43,001 bases of DNA from Chloroflexota bacterium (GTDB lineage: Bacteria; Chloroflexota; UBA6077; SHYK01): positions 1-43,001 of the forward strand of contig JAERMM010000001.1 in NCBI GenBank assembly GCA_016844585.1, written 5' to 3'. This document shows, piece by piece, positions 33,653-43,001 of this stretch. The position numbers were made by a program, and so were the translations under genes. Every line of letters starts with the position of its first letter. Positions within the stretch are counted from its first letter, which is position 1. The notes under the pieces were generated by a model. The model saw only the letters and a list, made by a program, of their open reading frames with translations. It made no database searches and was not told the DNA's origin.

Positions 33653-34351
33653 TCAGTGGCGGCCCTTTCTCGGCGGTCGCTCAAATCGGTGGCCTGGCGG
33701 GTACAGGCGCTCGATGAACTGTGCCGCTGAGGTTTCGACGGGATCCTCTGAGCGGACCACCACATCGGTAGCCTCAGGGTCGAGCAGGTTGGGCCAGTCT
33801 GCCGGAAGTCCGGCCGCGACGACACCACTGGCGGCGCGTCCCGGTTCCTCGCCCCCCACGGCGATCGCGATGTCGATGGGCACTCCCACCACCTGCTCGA
33901 GATCGTGAGCGAGCATATTCGGGTCCTCTAGTGAACCGTCGCAAACAATGGTCATGCGCGCTCCGTCTGGCGCGAGCAGGGCATCGATGACGCTTGCGTG
34001 CACGTCGAGATCCTGGCAGCGGGCCCGGGCGCGGTCGATCGCGCCAACGGCCTCCGCGTCCCGGCGGCCGAAAGTCGTGAGGTCGCCAGAAGTCGCGGCG
34101 CGCATCACCCTGCCGCGCGCGACCACGCCTGCTTCGTTCTCCGCGATCTGACTTGGGGCGACGACGACAGTTGCCAGTGCTTCGTGACCTTCGATCTCGA
34201 CCACCACGACCTGCCCCGGCACGAGAGGGTGGTCATCAGGATCGACAAACTGCAGTGGTCCTTGTCGCGCGAATCGCACGCCGACGATTGGCCCTGGTTC
34301 ATCCAGGCCTTCTCCGCCCGTCGGCACAGCGGACGCCTCGTCTCCTGTCAC
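33653..34351 (-). CDS. Divergent PSP1/RicT(YaaT)-like protein
   Basis: IVGVRF...G....VDP......GQ.VVVE......ATVVVAP...RAAT..D, DG.RMTI; GTG overlaps the holB stop; matches the conserved holB-yaaT synteny. Confidence 0.65.
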   Translation of the reverse strand: MTGDEASAVPTGGEGLDEPGPIVGVRFARQGPLQFVDPDDHPLVPGQVVVVEIEGHEALATVVVAPSQIAENEAGVVARGRVMRAATSGDLTTFGRRDAEAVGAIDRARARCQDLDVHASVIDALLAPDGARMTIVCDGSLEDPNMLAHDLEQVVGVPIDIAIAVGGEEPGRAASGVVAAGLPADWPNLLDPEATDVVVRSEDPVETSAAQFIERLYPPGHRFERPPRKGRH

Positions 34352-35355
34352 CTGTCGCCTGTTCGGGGCAAGAACAGGGCGTAGCTCTCCAACGCGAGGC
34401 GGGGATTCGCGTTCCGGTCCAACGAGTCGGCTGTTCGCAGCGTCGCTGCGAGGGCGTCGACAACCGCTTCGCGGCTCAGCTGCAGCGCGGTTTCCTGCAC
34501 GGCGTCCCAAATGTCGATCAGGCGGACACGGTCAGCCAGCCCGCGTTGTGTCAGAAGCACGTCGCGCCAGGCCTCCGTCCAAGCTTTGAGGGTATCGCGC
34601 ACGTCGTCCGTGTGTTTGCCCCACGCCTCCGCCAGGCCGTCTGCATATCGGATGCGCTCCAAGCGGCCCTGGTTGAGGAGATCAAGAAGATCCCTAGCCC
34701 GCCTGTGACGCTCGTCCATAACGTCCGGGTGCTCGGCCGCAGTAATTGCCCAACCCGGGCGCCCCTCGCTCGCGCGGGCGATCGCCCGGGCTCGCCCTAC
34801 CTCGATGCCGTGCTCGACGGCGAGATGCTCGGCAATCTCCGCCTCCGCCACCGGGCGCAGCGCGATCACCTGGCAGCGGGATACGATCGTCGGCAACACC
34901 GCGGTCGTGACCGGCGCGGTCAGAAGGAGCGTCACGGAGCCCGGCGGCTCCTCCAGCGTCTTGAGCAGCGCGTTGGACCCTTCTTCGGCCAGGTCCTCGG
35001 CGCCGCGGATGATGTACACCTTGCACGCGGCCTCGACGGGCGTCAACGCGATGCCTTGCAGGAATTCGTGGACGTCCTTGATGGGGATGTTCTTGCGCTC
35101 GGATGGGACCTCGATCAGATGCAGGTCCGGATGGACGCTGCGAGCCGCAAGCCTGCAATGGCGGCATGACCCACAAGCGGATGAGCTGGCACAGAGCAAG
35201 GTCTGCGCGATCTCCATTGCCGTCGTGAATTTGCCGATTCCCGGCAGTCCGGTAAGGAGATAGGCGTGCGCACCGTGGCCGGCGGCCCGGCTCCGTTCAA
35301 TGAGTTCAATCGCCCACCGGTGCCCAACGAGTTGCTCCCGTCGTCCAGATTCCAA
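34348..35355 (-). CDS. holB: DNA polymerase III subunit delta'
   Basis: HAYLLTG.PGIGK, LLC....CGSCRHC, HPDL, KVYII..AE.L....NALLKTLEEPP, LPTIVSRCQ, NAN.RLALE motifs. Confidence 0.93.
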   Translation of the reverse strand: MESGRREQLVGHRWAIELIERSRAAGHGAHAYLLTGLPGIGKFTTAMEIAQTLLCASSSACGSCRHCRLAARSVHPDLHLIEVPSERKNIPIKDVHEFLQGIALTPVEAACKVYIIRGAEDLAEEGSNALLKTLEEPPGSVTLLLTAPVTTAVLPTIVSRCQVIALRPVAEAEIAEHLAVEHGIEVGRARAIARASEGRPGWAITAAEHPDVMDERHRRARDLLDLLNQGRLERIRYADGLAEAWGKHTDDVRDTLKAWTEAWRDVLLTQRGLADRVRLIDIWDAVQETALQLSREAVVDALAATLRTADSLDRNANPRLALESYALFLPRTGDR

Positions 35356-35475
35356 TTGGCCAGTCCAAGGGAAGGATTTCTCAGCCGATTCTACCAGTGC
35401 CCAGGCGCGCCGAAGCGACCGCAGGGGCGGACTTCATAGATAATGGGACCGCACCGTTTGAGGCGTGGAGGCCGT

Positions 35476-36048
35476 GTGTACGTTCGACCCGGCAAGATCG
35501 AGGGCCTGTTCATCATCGAGCGGCCAACATTTGGGGACGACCGTGGCTTCTTCCGCGAGTCATTTCGCCTCAACGAGCTGGAGGAAGCACGCGGAGCTCC
35601 GGCCACCTTCGTTCAGGAAAACCACTCGCGGTCACATCGAGGCGCATTGCGGGGTCTGCATTTCGAGAACTGGGAAAAACTCGTGTACGTGCCGCACGGC
35701 GAAGTCTTCACAGCGTTGGCCGATATCCGCCAGGGCTCACCCACGCTCGGGTGCGTCGAGACATTCGTGCTCGGTGAATCGAATCGCCTCAAGCTCTTCT
35801 TGCCCGCGGCCATCGCGCACGGCTTCTGTGTATTGAGCGAGGACGCCGACTACGTCTACCAGGTGACGTCCTACTGGGACGGGTCGGACACGCGAGCGGT
35901 GGCATGGAACGACCCCGACCTCGCGGTGCCATGGCCGATTTCGCATCCGACCATCTCGGATCGGGATATTCGTGCGCCGAGCCTCCGCGAGCTGCTTCCG
36001 GAGGTGGCCGCAGCCATTCAGCGACAGGCACGCGGCTCGACGGGCTGA
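35476..36048 (+). CDS. rmlC: dTDP-4-dehydrorhamnose 3,5-epimerase family
   Basis: F.DDRGFFRE, QENHSRS..G.LRGLH, DIR.GSPT, AHGF.VLS..A, WNDPDL.V.WP, SD.D motifs; GGAGG SD before GTG 35476. Confidence 0.92.
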   Translation: MYVRPGKIEGLFIIERPTFGDDRGFFRESFRLNELEEARGAPATFVQENHSRSHRGALRGLHFENWEKLVYVPHGEVFTALADIRQGSPTLGCVETFVLGESNRLKLFLPAAIAHGFCVLSEDADYVYQVTSYWDGSDTRAVAWNDPDLAVPWPISHPTISDRDIRAPSLRELLPEVAAAIQRQARGSTG

Positions 36049-36111
36049 CGTGAGCGGGAGGTTGCTCCATTACCACGGACGGTTCGACAGACCTACCAGG
36101 CGAAATGTGGT

Positions 36112-37101
36112 TTAGAGAAGCGCTCGCTCCTTCAGCAGACGCTCGACATTGCCGCCTCTCACCAGAGCCAGCTCCTCCTCGGGCCAATCCAGAGTCGTCA
36201 CGTTCTCTACGCACGCGCCCATGTGATCGCGGCACAGCCAAGGGAAGTCGGATCCCAGTGTGATGTGGTCCGACCCAACGATCGTCCGTGCCATGTCGAG
36301 CGCCGGATGCAGGAAGTTCACTGTGTCGTGGTACATGCGCTTCATGTACCAGCTCGGTGGTTCCTTGCTCAGACGCTCGCTCGCCGGTTGGCTATGGAAC
36401 CCGTTGTCCACACGCCCGAGCAGGTACATCAGCGTGCCGCCGAGGTGGGGCGTGATGACCGTGATGTCCGGGAAGCGGTCGAGCACCTTGCCGTAGATCA
36501 GCTCCATGATTGAGAGGCTGGTCGTGGTCGGCCAGCCCACGCCGGTCTCCATCCCGAGCCGGCTGAAGCGGCCGCCGTTCTCCATCTGGCCCGGATGCAA
36601 GAAGAGAATGCCGCGCATGGCAGCCAGCTCGGAGTAGAAATCATCCATCTGTGGATCGTCAAACGTGAGCCCAAAAACGGTCGGGACGACGACGCCGCTG
36701 AAACCTGGCAGCTTCGAGGACCGGTGCAGCTCGTCAATGCTGGGAGCCACGCGTGGCAACGGCAGGTTCGAGAAGAATCGATATCGGCCTGTGTGGCGGA
36801 GGCCCGCCTCCGACAACTCGTCGTTGATTGACCTGGAAACGTCGGTTGAGAACTCTGCGCTGTCGAAGAATTTCGCCGTCAGCAGCGTGCTGGAGACGAT
36901 CTCGGTATCGACGTGGCCTTCGTCCATCAAGGCGATCCGCTCGTCGAGGGCGCCGATGTGTTGAGCGTCGTTGCACACTTCCGGGCGCGAGGTCACTGCC
37001 CGCGCCCGCCCCGCGAAGCGTGAATCGCTGTTGGCTACGGACAGAAGCTCGGCCCAAGCCGCCTTCGGCGTGGTATGGCAATGGACGTCGATGTTCGGCA
37101 T
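36112..37101 (-). CDS. Amidohydrolase_2 family (ACMSD-like) protein
   Basis: IDVHCH, FLHP, DRFPD....PHLGG, GSDFP motifs. Confidence 0.88.
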   Translation of the reverse strand: MPNIDVHCHTTPKAAWAELLSVANSDSRFAGRARAVTSRPEVCNDAQHIGALDERIALMDEGHVDTEIVSSTLLTAKFFDSAEFSTDVSRSINDELSEAGLRHTGRYRFFSNLPLPRVAPSIDELHRSSKLPGFSGVVVPTVFGLTFDDPQMDDFYSELAAMRGILFLHPGQMENGGRFSRLGMETGVGWPTTTSLSIMELIYGKVLDRFPDITVITPHLGGTLMYLLGRVDNGFHSQPASERLSKEPPSWYMKRMYHDTVNFLHPALDMARTIVGSDHITLGSDFPWLCRDHMGACVENVTTLDWPEEELALVRGGNVERLLKERALL

Positions 37102-37122
37102 TCCTCACTCCATACCGTATTC

Positions 37123-37656
37123 CTAGGTTTCACTCCGCTCGGGCATCGCCATCCATCGTTCGGTTACCCGGAGTAGTTCGAGCGGACGGAACGGCTTGGT
37201 CAGAAACGCATCGGCCCCAGCGGCCAGCCCCGCCTCCTGGTCAGCCGAGAGTTGGGAGCCGGTGAGCATTACCACATGTGTGGACCGAAGATCCGGGTCC
37301 GCACGGATCAGCCTGCAGACTTCGATCCCGCTCATGCCAGGCATGGATAAGTCCAGAAGCACAAGGCGAGGTCGTTCCTCTTGCGCAACCGCCCAGGCTG
37401 CTGGCCCCGTGTTGGCCTGTAAGACCGTGTAATCCTCACCGGCGAGGGTAGCGATGACCAGCATTCTCAGGCTCACTTCATCGTCGGCGATAAGCAACTT
37501 CGGCGGGTCCTGGCGCCCCGCAGCAGCCAACCGTCTGGACAGCCCACGTGTTTCCCGCCAGAACCCCGCCAACTCCTCCGCGTAACGGAGCATCTGTTCC
37601 ACGTCGCGGGTCGGGTCCACGGGCCGCACTGGCGCGTCATCATCAACTCTCGACAT
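37123..37656 (-). CDS. Response regulator receiver protein with N-terminal helical extension
   Basis: LLIADDE, LVLLDLSMPGMSG.EVC, VVMLT, GAD.FLTKPF.P.EL; no output domain. Confidence 0.88.
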   Translation of the reverse strand: MSRVDDDAPVRPVDPTRDVEQMLRYAEELAGFWRETRGLSRRLAAAGRQDPPKLLIADDEVSLRMLVIATLAGEDYTVLQANTGPAAWAVAQEERPRLVLLDLSMPGMSGIEVCRLIRADPDLRSTHVVMLTGSQLSADQEAGLAAGADAFLTKPFRPLELLRVTERWMAMPERSET

Positions 37657-38033
37657 GCAGGCTTTCCTTCAGCTATCGGCAGATGTGACCGTCTTCGCGT
37701 TTACGCAGCCACCCAGAGCCCCGAGGCGAGTGGAAGGTTAGCCAGATGGTCCTGGCGATCGGATGGACGGCTGGGGCTCGATGTGAAGCATACGTTGGCT
37801 ACGCCACGACCGGCAATCCAGCTCTCGACTATGCTGGAGCGCCGTGTCGAGATTTTCCATGCCGATTTCGTCATCTCGACCATACCGGCAGGCGTTTCGT
37901 TAAATCGTTCGGGCGCCTGCTCCTGCGAGACAGGCCTGGACGCGGACCATCTAGACCGATGGCGCGGGAGTTTTCCGGGAGGTGACTCGCTAGGTCCATC
38001 GCCGTCTTCCCCAAATTGAGATCCGTCGTCCGG

Positions 38034-39338
38034 TCACGTTACGGGGGCGTTAGTCCTGCCCGAAGAGCGAACGATCGAGACGAGCAGCGGCAGAGCCACC
38101 ACAACGGCTACTAGCGTGCTTGCGAGTAGCGAGGCAACACCAACACCCACGATGCCGATCCTGGGGATAAGAACAAGGCTGAGTCCGAGCGATAACACGC
38201 ACAGTAGACCACGGATGCATGCTATCAGAGTGGTGCGACCCTGCACCCGCGCTACTGCCATCACCAGGATCGTCACCAGATTCGGGATTGGCGCCAGCGC
38301 CAGGAACTGAAGCAGCTGCGTGCCCTCCCGCTCGTAGTTCTCTCCGAACACACGGAGAATGAGGGGCGCCGCCACCACGATGACGATTGAGAGTGGTGCG
38401 AGCAAACGCACCATGTGTACCAACATGCTTCGACTAAGCCGAATCAGCCCGGCTACGTCTGCGGCCCCCTCCACGGTCAGTGAGGTGCCCAGGCTGTAAG
38501 AGATCTGATGCAGCGACTGCGCGACCGTCCAGGGTAAGAAAAAGAAGGCGTTGGCCGCGGTTCCGGCCTGATGAGTCACAATCAGCGGGAGCAGCGCTAC
38601 CGACATCAAATTGAATATCGATCCGAGCGAATCTCCGACGGCATAACGCACCAGCTGCCCACGCTCCAGAGCAGTTGCATCGGGTGCGGTCGCTCGTGCA
38701 TGGCGCGGGATAATCCTGCCGAACATGTAGAGGTTCCCAGGAATGAGGAGCGCAGCGGCGGGCAGCACCCAGGAAATGAAAATACCGAAATCACTTGGGA
38801 GTGTGGTGGCGAACGCCGCCAACAGGCCGATCTTGGCCAGACCATAGCTGACATTCTTGATCGAAACCCAGCCGGCGACGCGCAGGCCAGCCAGGGCACT
38901 GTCCTGCAAAGAAAAGACGCACCATGCGGCCGCTGCTGCGATGAGCGCCAGCTTGAACGTGTGGTCGCTCTCGCCGAAGACATTGACCGAGATCGGGTCA
39001 AGCCCGTAGAAAAAGAGGATCCCTGCTGCGACCGTCCCCAACCCTCCCACAAAGTAGACCCCAGCTATGAGCGGAGCGGTTGCGTTGCCCGCGCGGGCGA
39101 TGAACCTCAGCAGCATCCCCAGGAGTGTCGACTGAAAAAGACCGGACAGCAGTGCCATGGTCGAAATGGCGAGTGAATTGAGCCCAACCTGCTCAGGTGT
39201 ATAGCTCCGAGCTGCCAGCGTCCAGTAGGCCAGCCCCAACACGGAAGTCGTTAGGTCACTCAGAATCAACGCGTACGCATTGCGGTACAGCGGGGCGCGG
39301 AGGTGCGCCAGCAGATCACGCTGCGAGGAGGAACGCAA
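38034..39338 (-). CDS. Wzx-like polysaccharide flippase/biosynthesis membrane protein
   Basis: PLYRNAYALI......SVLG..YW..AAR.Y....VG N-terminus; multi-TM; LRVFG..Y and L.P..GI.GVG.A motifs. Confidence 0.8.
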   Translation of the reverse strand: MRSSSQRDLLAHLRAPLYRNAYALILSDLTTSVLGLAYWTLAARSYTPEQVGLNSLAISTMALLSGLFQSTLLGMLLRFIARAGNATAPLIAGVYFVGGLGTVAAGILFFYGLDPISVNVFGESDHTFKLALIAAAAAWCVFSLQDSALAGLRVAGWVSIKNVSYGLAKIGLLAAFATTLPSDFGIFISWVLPAAALLIPGNLYMFGRIIPRHARATAPDATALERGQLVRYAVGDSLGSIFNLMSVALLPLIVTHQAGTAANAFFFLPWTVAQSLHQISYSLGTSLTVEGAADVAGLIRLSRSMLVHMVRLLAPLSIVIVVAAPLILRVFGENYEREGTQLLQFLALAPIPNLVTILVMAVARVQGRTTLIACIRGLLCVLSLGLSLVLIPRIGIVGVGVASLLASTLVAVVVALPLLVSIVRSSGRTNAPVT

Positions 39339-39364
39339 CCCGGCCCTGAGAGGAGACCTCGATA

Positions 39365-40677
39365 TCAGCCATCCGCGGCGCTGCGCGCTCCCCCGGGCTG
39401 GCCGGCTCCCGGAATGGGAAGCACCACGACATCGTACGGAGCGAGCATGAATTCCGTCCTGTTCACGATGGCACGCACGACGGCATCCCGTTTGTTGATC
39501 AACAGCATGTTGGTGGGCGACGCGAGCACTTCAACGTCCGGCGACGACACGCGCGTAGTCACTAGCGGCGTGCCGCGTGGAAAGTACTCGTTGATTGCAC
39601 GATAGACGAAGTAATTGGGAAATGGCTGCCCACCGCCTGGCTCCCGCGTGTCGCCGAGAAGCGCCTGGTTGTTGCCTCGAAATGGGTCATGATAGTCCCC
39701 CTGGGGCTGCCACCGAAACGACACCGCGCTGCCGGCTCTGAGTTCGTGATACAGCATCGAGGCCATTGCCGCGGCCTGGAAGTTCCAATTGTCGGATGAG
39801 ATGACATAGTCCTCCGCCCACCAGATCGGGAGGTCGGTCATCGCCCGGATCTGCAAGGTGACTCGAGCAAAGTTATGGGTCAGCGCGAGCAACTCGGAGT
39901 CGGTGTAGTGAAGTCTGCGCCTCGTTTGTTCCGAAGCCAGTACTCGAGCACGCGCCGATTGCGGTCCGTGATCGGCGACGCAGCGGCCCAGCCACCCCGC
40001 CCGGATCCGGTGCCCTCAATGACCAGATAGGGGCCTCCAACCTGGATGCTGGAGTCGACCGATTTGAGAGCATCGTAGACGAGGTTGTACATGCGCGTGT
40101 AGCCAACGTAGTCCCAATTATTTGCCGCGTCGTTCCAGAACCCTTTCAGCTCATTCCAGACAAGGTAGTGCCGAACATCGGGGTACCGGAGGGCCACCTG
40201 GCGCGCCAAATCCGCGAAGCTTGTGTAATGGGACGGCAGGGGTGCTTTCTCGATCTTTGTCCAATCCGTCCCGCCGGGCTGGCCACCCTTCATCCAGTCC
40301 GGTGCACAGCACAGGGTAATCACGGGCACCGCGTTCATTGATCGAATCAGGTTGATGCGACGGTCCAGCGATTCCCAGTCGTAGACGCCTGGAGCCGGGT
40401 TTATGTTGTCCGCCCCGAAGCCGAGAATGTGCTGATTCTGGTAACGAACCGCAGATGAGAGCAGCGTCTTCGCCCGGGCCACCGCATCGGGATCGCCCCA
40501 GGGGTCAAGGCTGTACTGCATGTGGGTTACCCCCAGCGTGAGCAGGCTGACCCCGGCCTGCGTCGCCGGATCAATCTCCACCGTCACTTCGCCCACCTGA
40601 CCCCTGGCAGGCCAAGGGGTGCTCCACACCATACCGGCGAGAATGACCCACGCGACCAGGGCCCTGCGCGGAATCAC
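39365..40677 (-). pseudogene. Secreted GH39-like glycoside hydrolase, frameshifted near 39910
   Basis: Signal peptide; PGVYDW.SLD.R, TLCCAPDWMKG, YLVWNELKGFW (acid/base) and VGGPY in ORF 39880-40677; LPIWWAE (nucleophile) in ORF 39365-39892; the frames switch after RGADF. Confidence 0.75.
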
Positions 40678-40691
40678 GCGCGAACACGGGT

Positions 40692-41032
40692 GGAACCGGA
40701 AGCCGACGGGAGAGCCTGCTGTGAGGCCACTGTGATCCCCTTTAGAGCAACGTATCTGAACAAGAACCCCCTCATTGTCAAGTAACTGCCTCGCTTCCGC
40801 GCCATTTCGCGCGGAATTGTTGTGCCTAGTTCTGCAACAGGAATCCCCAGTAAACTACAAGATGGTCCACTAGATGACTATTACGAGAGTCTACTATCAC
40901 TAGAATGGCGGAACCGGACGACGGTGAGGCTTGGTGTGATGCCACTGTGATCCCCTATGTGCATATCTATGGACAGGAAATAGTATTTCAGGTAATTGCC
41001 GCCGTCCTGCAGCCGCATTGTTCGGAATTGTT
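40692..41032. repeat. Diverged tandem duplication (~125-130 bp, two copies) of an upstream/RBS region
   Basis: 40692-40821 vs 40910-41032; identical gccactgtgatcccct at 40726 and 40941; shared ggaaccgga, gtaaytgcc and cggaattgtt blocks. Confidence 0.8.
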
Positions 41033-41242
41033 ACGTGTTTTGGCGAATATGAACATTATTGTCACGATGTTGACACGAGGATGTTACAAAGGCGCCGCTA
41101 TCATACTCACAAGGGCAGAGTCCTATGTCACCGTTTCCGAGGCAGCCTTTTCTCCGACGAAGCGGGCTCTTTCCGAAACCAAAACGGGGCGCGAACGGGA
41201 ATCTCCGTCGTCCCGCTACTGATGATAATGATGGAGCACCGT

Positions 41243-42040
41243 ATGCGGGCAACGTTGGAGGCCGATGTCTCCATGGGCCACCGTCACATCATGATCCCCA
41301 AGAGTCTTCGCGTAAGTGTGGTCATTCCAGCGCTTAACGAAGCACAGAACCTCCCGTACGTGTTGCCGCGGATCCCGGCCTGGGTCCACGAGGTCATTCT
41401 TGTCGACGGACACTCGACAGACGACACGGTCGAAGTGGCTCGCGACCTGTGGCCCGGCGTTTGCGTCGTGACACAATCGGGCTGGGGCAAGGGCAACGCT
41501 CTACAGGCCGGCTTCCTTGCAGCAACCGGCGACTTCATCGTGATGCTCGATGCGGATGGCTCTTTGGATCCGGGCGAAATTCCGCTGTACGTCGGGGCGC
41601 TCATGGCCGGGGCCGACTTCGTCAAGGGCTCCCGATTTCTCCAGGGGGGTGGCTCCTCCGATATCACATTCATTCGGAGCCTTGGCAACCGCGTGTTCGG
41701 GTTGATTGTACGACTGCTCTTTGGCGGCCACTTCTCCGACCTATGTTATGGCTACAATGCCTTCCGGGCCGAAGCGCTCGACGTGCTGAATCCAGACTGC
41801 GACGGCTTTGAAATTGAAACCTTGCTCAACGTCCGCGCTCTCCGTCTCGGCTTGAAGGTGGCGGAGGTGCCGAGCTTCGAGCACGACCGTATTCATGGGA
41901 CCAGCCATCTGCAGGCCATTCCTGATGGATGGCGCATCGTTAAGACCATCCTGTCGGAATGGCGCTCGTCCCTCACTCCATCAGTGCGGTCCGCTCCGGC
42001 GGAGCCGACAAACTTCAATCTGTGGGAAGCGCGGAATTGA
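41243..42040 (+). CDS. Glycosyltransferase family 2 (DPM synthase-like)
   Basis: VSVVIPALNEA.NL, VDGHSTDDT, GKGNAL..GF..A.GD.IVMLDADGS, DLCYGYNAF, GFEIET motifs. Start approximate. Confidence 0.9.
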   Translation: MRATLEADVSMGHRHIMIPKSLRVSVVIPALNEAQNLPYVLPRIPAWVHEVILVDGHSTDDTVEVARDLWPGVCVVTQSGWGKGNALQAGFLAATGDFIVMLDADGSLDPGEIPLYVGALMAGADFVKGSRFLQGGGSSDITFIRSLGNRVFGLIVRLLFGGHFSDLCYGYNAFRAEALDVLNPDCDGFEIETLLNVRALRLGLKVAEVPSFEHDRIHGTSHLQAIPDGWRIVKTILSEWRSSLTPSVRSAPAEPTNFNLWEARN

Positions 42041-43001
42041 CGTCGGGCCAGGACTCGCCCGACATCTCGGTCGTCATCTGCGCATACACCGAGCAGCGCT
42101 GGCCCAACCTTGTCGCCGCGGTTGAGTCAGTGCGACGCCAAAGTCTAGCGCCGCGGGAGATCGTGCTCGTGGTGGACTACAACTCCGCTCTGCAGGCTCG
42201 AGCAGAGCGGGAGTTGGCGGTACGTGTGATTCCCAATAAGGAGGCGCGAGGACTGTCGGGAGCACGCAACGGCGGCATTGCCGCCACTGGTGGCGACCTC
42301 GTCGCCTTCCTGGACGACGACGCGGTCGCACGCCCAGACTGGCTCGCCTACCTATCAGAATGGCATGCTGACCCCAGAGTCATGGGGGCTGGTGGACGAC
42401 TCGAGCCGAACTGGATCGCCGGCCGCCCACGCTGGTTTCCCCCGGAGTTTGACTGGGTCGTCGGCTGCTCGTATCGCGGGCTTCCGTCAACCACCGCGCC
42501 GATACGGAATCCCCTAGGCGGCAGCATGTGCATCCGACGCGAAGTGTTCGCGGCAGTGGGCGGCTTCGTCAGCGGCATTGGCAGGGTGGGCGCCCGCCCT
42601 TTCGGCTGCGAAGAAACCGAGCTCAGCATCCGCGCTCGCCACCGGTGGCCCGAGCGAACCTTTCTCTACGAGCCCCGAGCGATCGCGCACCACACCGTGC
42701 CTTCGGAGCGGAGCCGATGGAGCTACTTCCACTCCCGATGTTTTGCTGAAGGACAGTCCAAGGCCTACGTGTCACGGCTCGTCGGGGCGCAGGATGGTCT
42801 CGCCTCCGAGCGCTTGCACGCCTTCCACACATTACCGCTCGGCGTCGGCCGCGGTCTCGCTGATCTTGCGAGGCACGGCGACGTGTGGGGATTGACACGC
42901 GCGGGTGCTATCATGGCCGGGCTCGCTTGGACGGTCGCCGGCTACCTAGCGGGCCGCTGGTCGCGGCGCACTGCCAACCCAGATGCGGGTGGTCCCTTCC
43001 G
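42037..43001 (+). CDS. Glycosyltransferase family 2, runs off window end
   Basis: TTG overlaps the upstream stop; ISVVICAYTEQRW, GLSGARN.G, VAFLDDDA, WFP.EFDWVVGCSY.G, GCEETEL motifs; frame open to the end (absent from the ORF track). Confidence 0.9.
   Translation, partial: MTSGQDSPDISVVICAYTEQRWPNLVAAVESVRRQSLAPREIVLVVDYNSALQARAERELAVRVIPNKEARGLSGARNGGIAATGGDLVAFLDDDAVARPDWLAYLSEWHADPRVMGAGGRLEPNWIAGRPRWFPPEFDWVVGCSYRGLPSTTAPIRNPLGGSMCIRREVFAAVGGFVSGIGRVGARPFGCEETELSIRARHRWPERTFLYEPRAIAHHTVPSERSRWSYFHSRCFAEGQSKAYVSRLVGAQDGLASERLHAFHTLPLGVGRGLADLARHGDVWGLTRAGAIMAGLAWTVAGYLAGRWSRRTANPDAGGPF

Noticed and set aside
37657-38033. Short ORFs between the response regulator and the flippase
   Set aside because: No SD, motif or consistent frame; cannot be called.

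Overview
A GC-rich bacterial chromosomal window. Gene content and synteny suggest Chloroflexota (inference): holB next to a PSP1-family gene, an orphan family-5 solute-binding protein, amidohydrolase_2 paralogs and cbiB-cobD-cobQ. In order it carries: a MatB-like acyl-CoA synthetase (5' truncated); cobQ-cobD-cbiB; a membrane-anchored beta-propeller gene coupled to tsaD; and a ~4.8 kb cargo block (HicA-like gene, flavin monooxygenase, LuxR-TPR regulator, alpha/beta hydrolase) bounded by a second, synonymously diverged copy of the tsaD 3' end. Next come an ABC solute-binding protein, an isochorismatase-fold protein lacking its catalytic triad, groES-groEL with a perfect CIRCE, a deletion-fused sacsin/helicase-like relic, a RelE-type toxin-antitoxin (TA) pair and an amidohydrolase. 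These are followed by a biotin cluster (hicB-like, bioF, bioA, bioD, bioB, a DUF433/PIN TA pair, fabF-like), an MFS transporter, an ECF sigma/anti-sigma pair, a PSP1-like gene, holB, rmlC, a second amidohydrolase, a response regulator and the start of a polysaccharide locus. The best candidate for an undescribed system is the FabF paralog at the end of the biotin cluster. It keeps its Cys-His-His triad but has His/Glu/Asp in place of the hydrophobic acyl-pocket residues, in a cluster with no bioC/H/W/I/Z, so it may be a new pimeloyl-supplying enzyme. bioB also appears to start at a non-canonical ATT codon. All product calls come from motif recognition by eye; no database searches were run.
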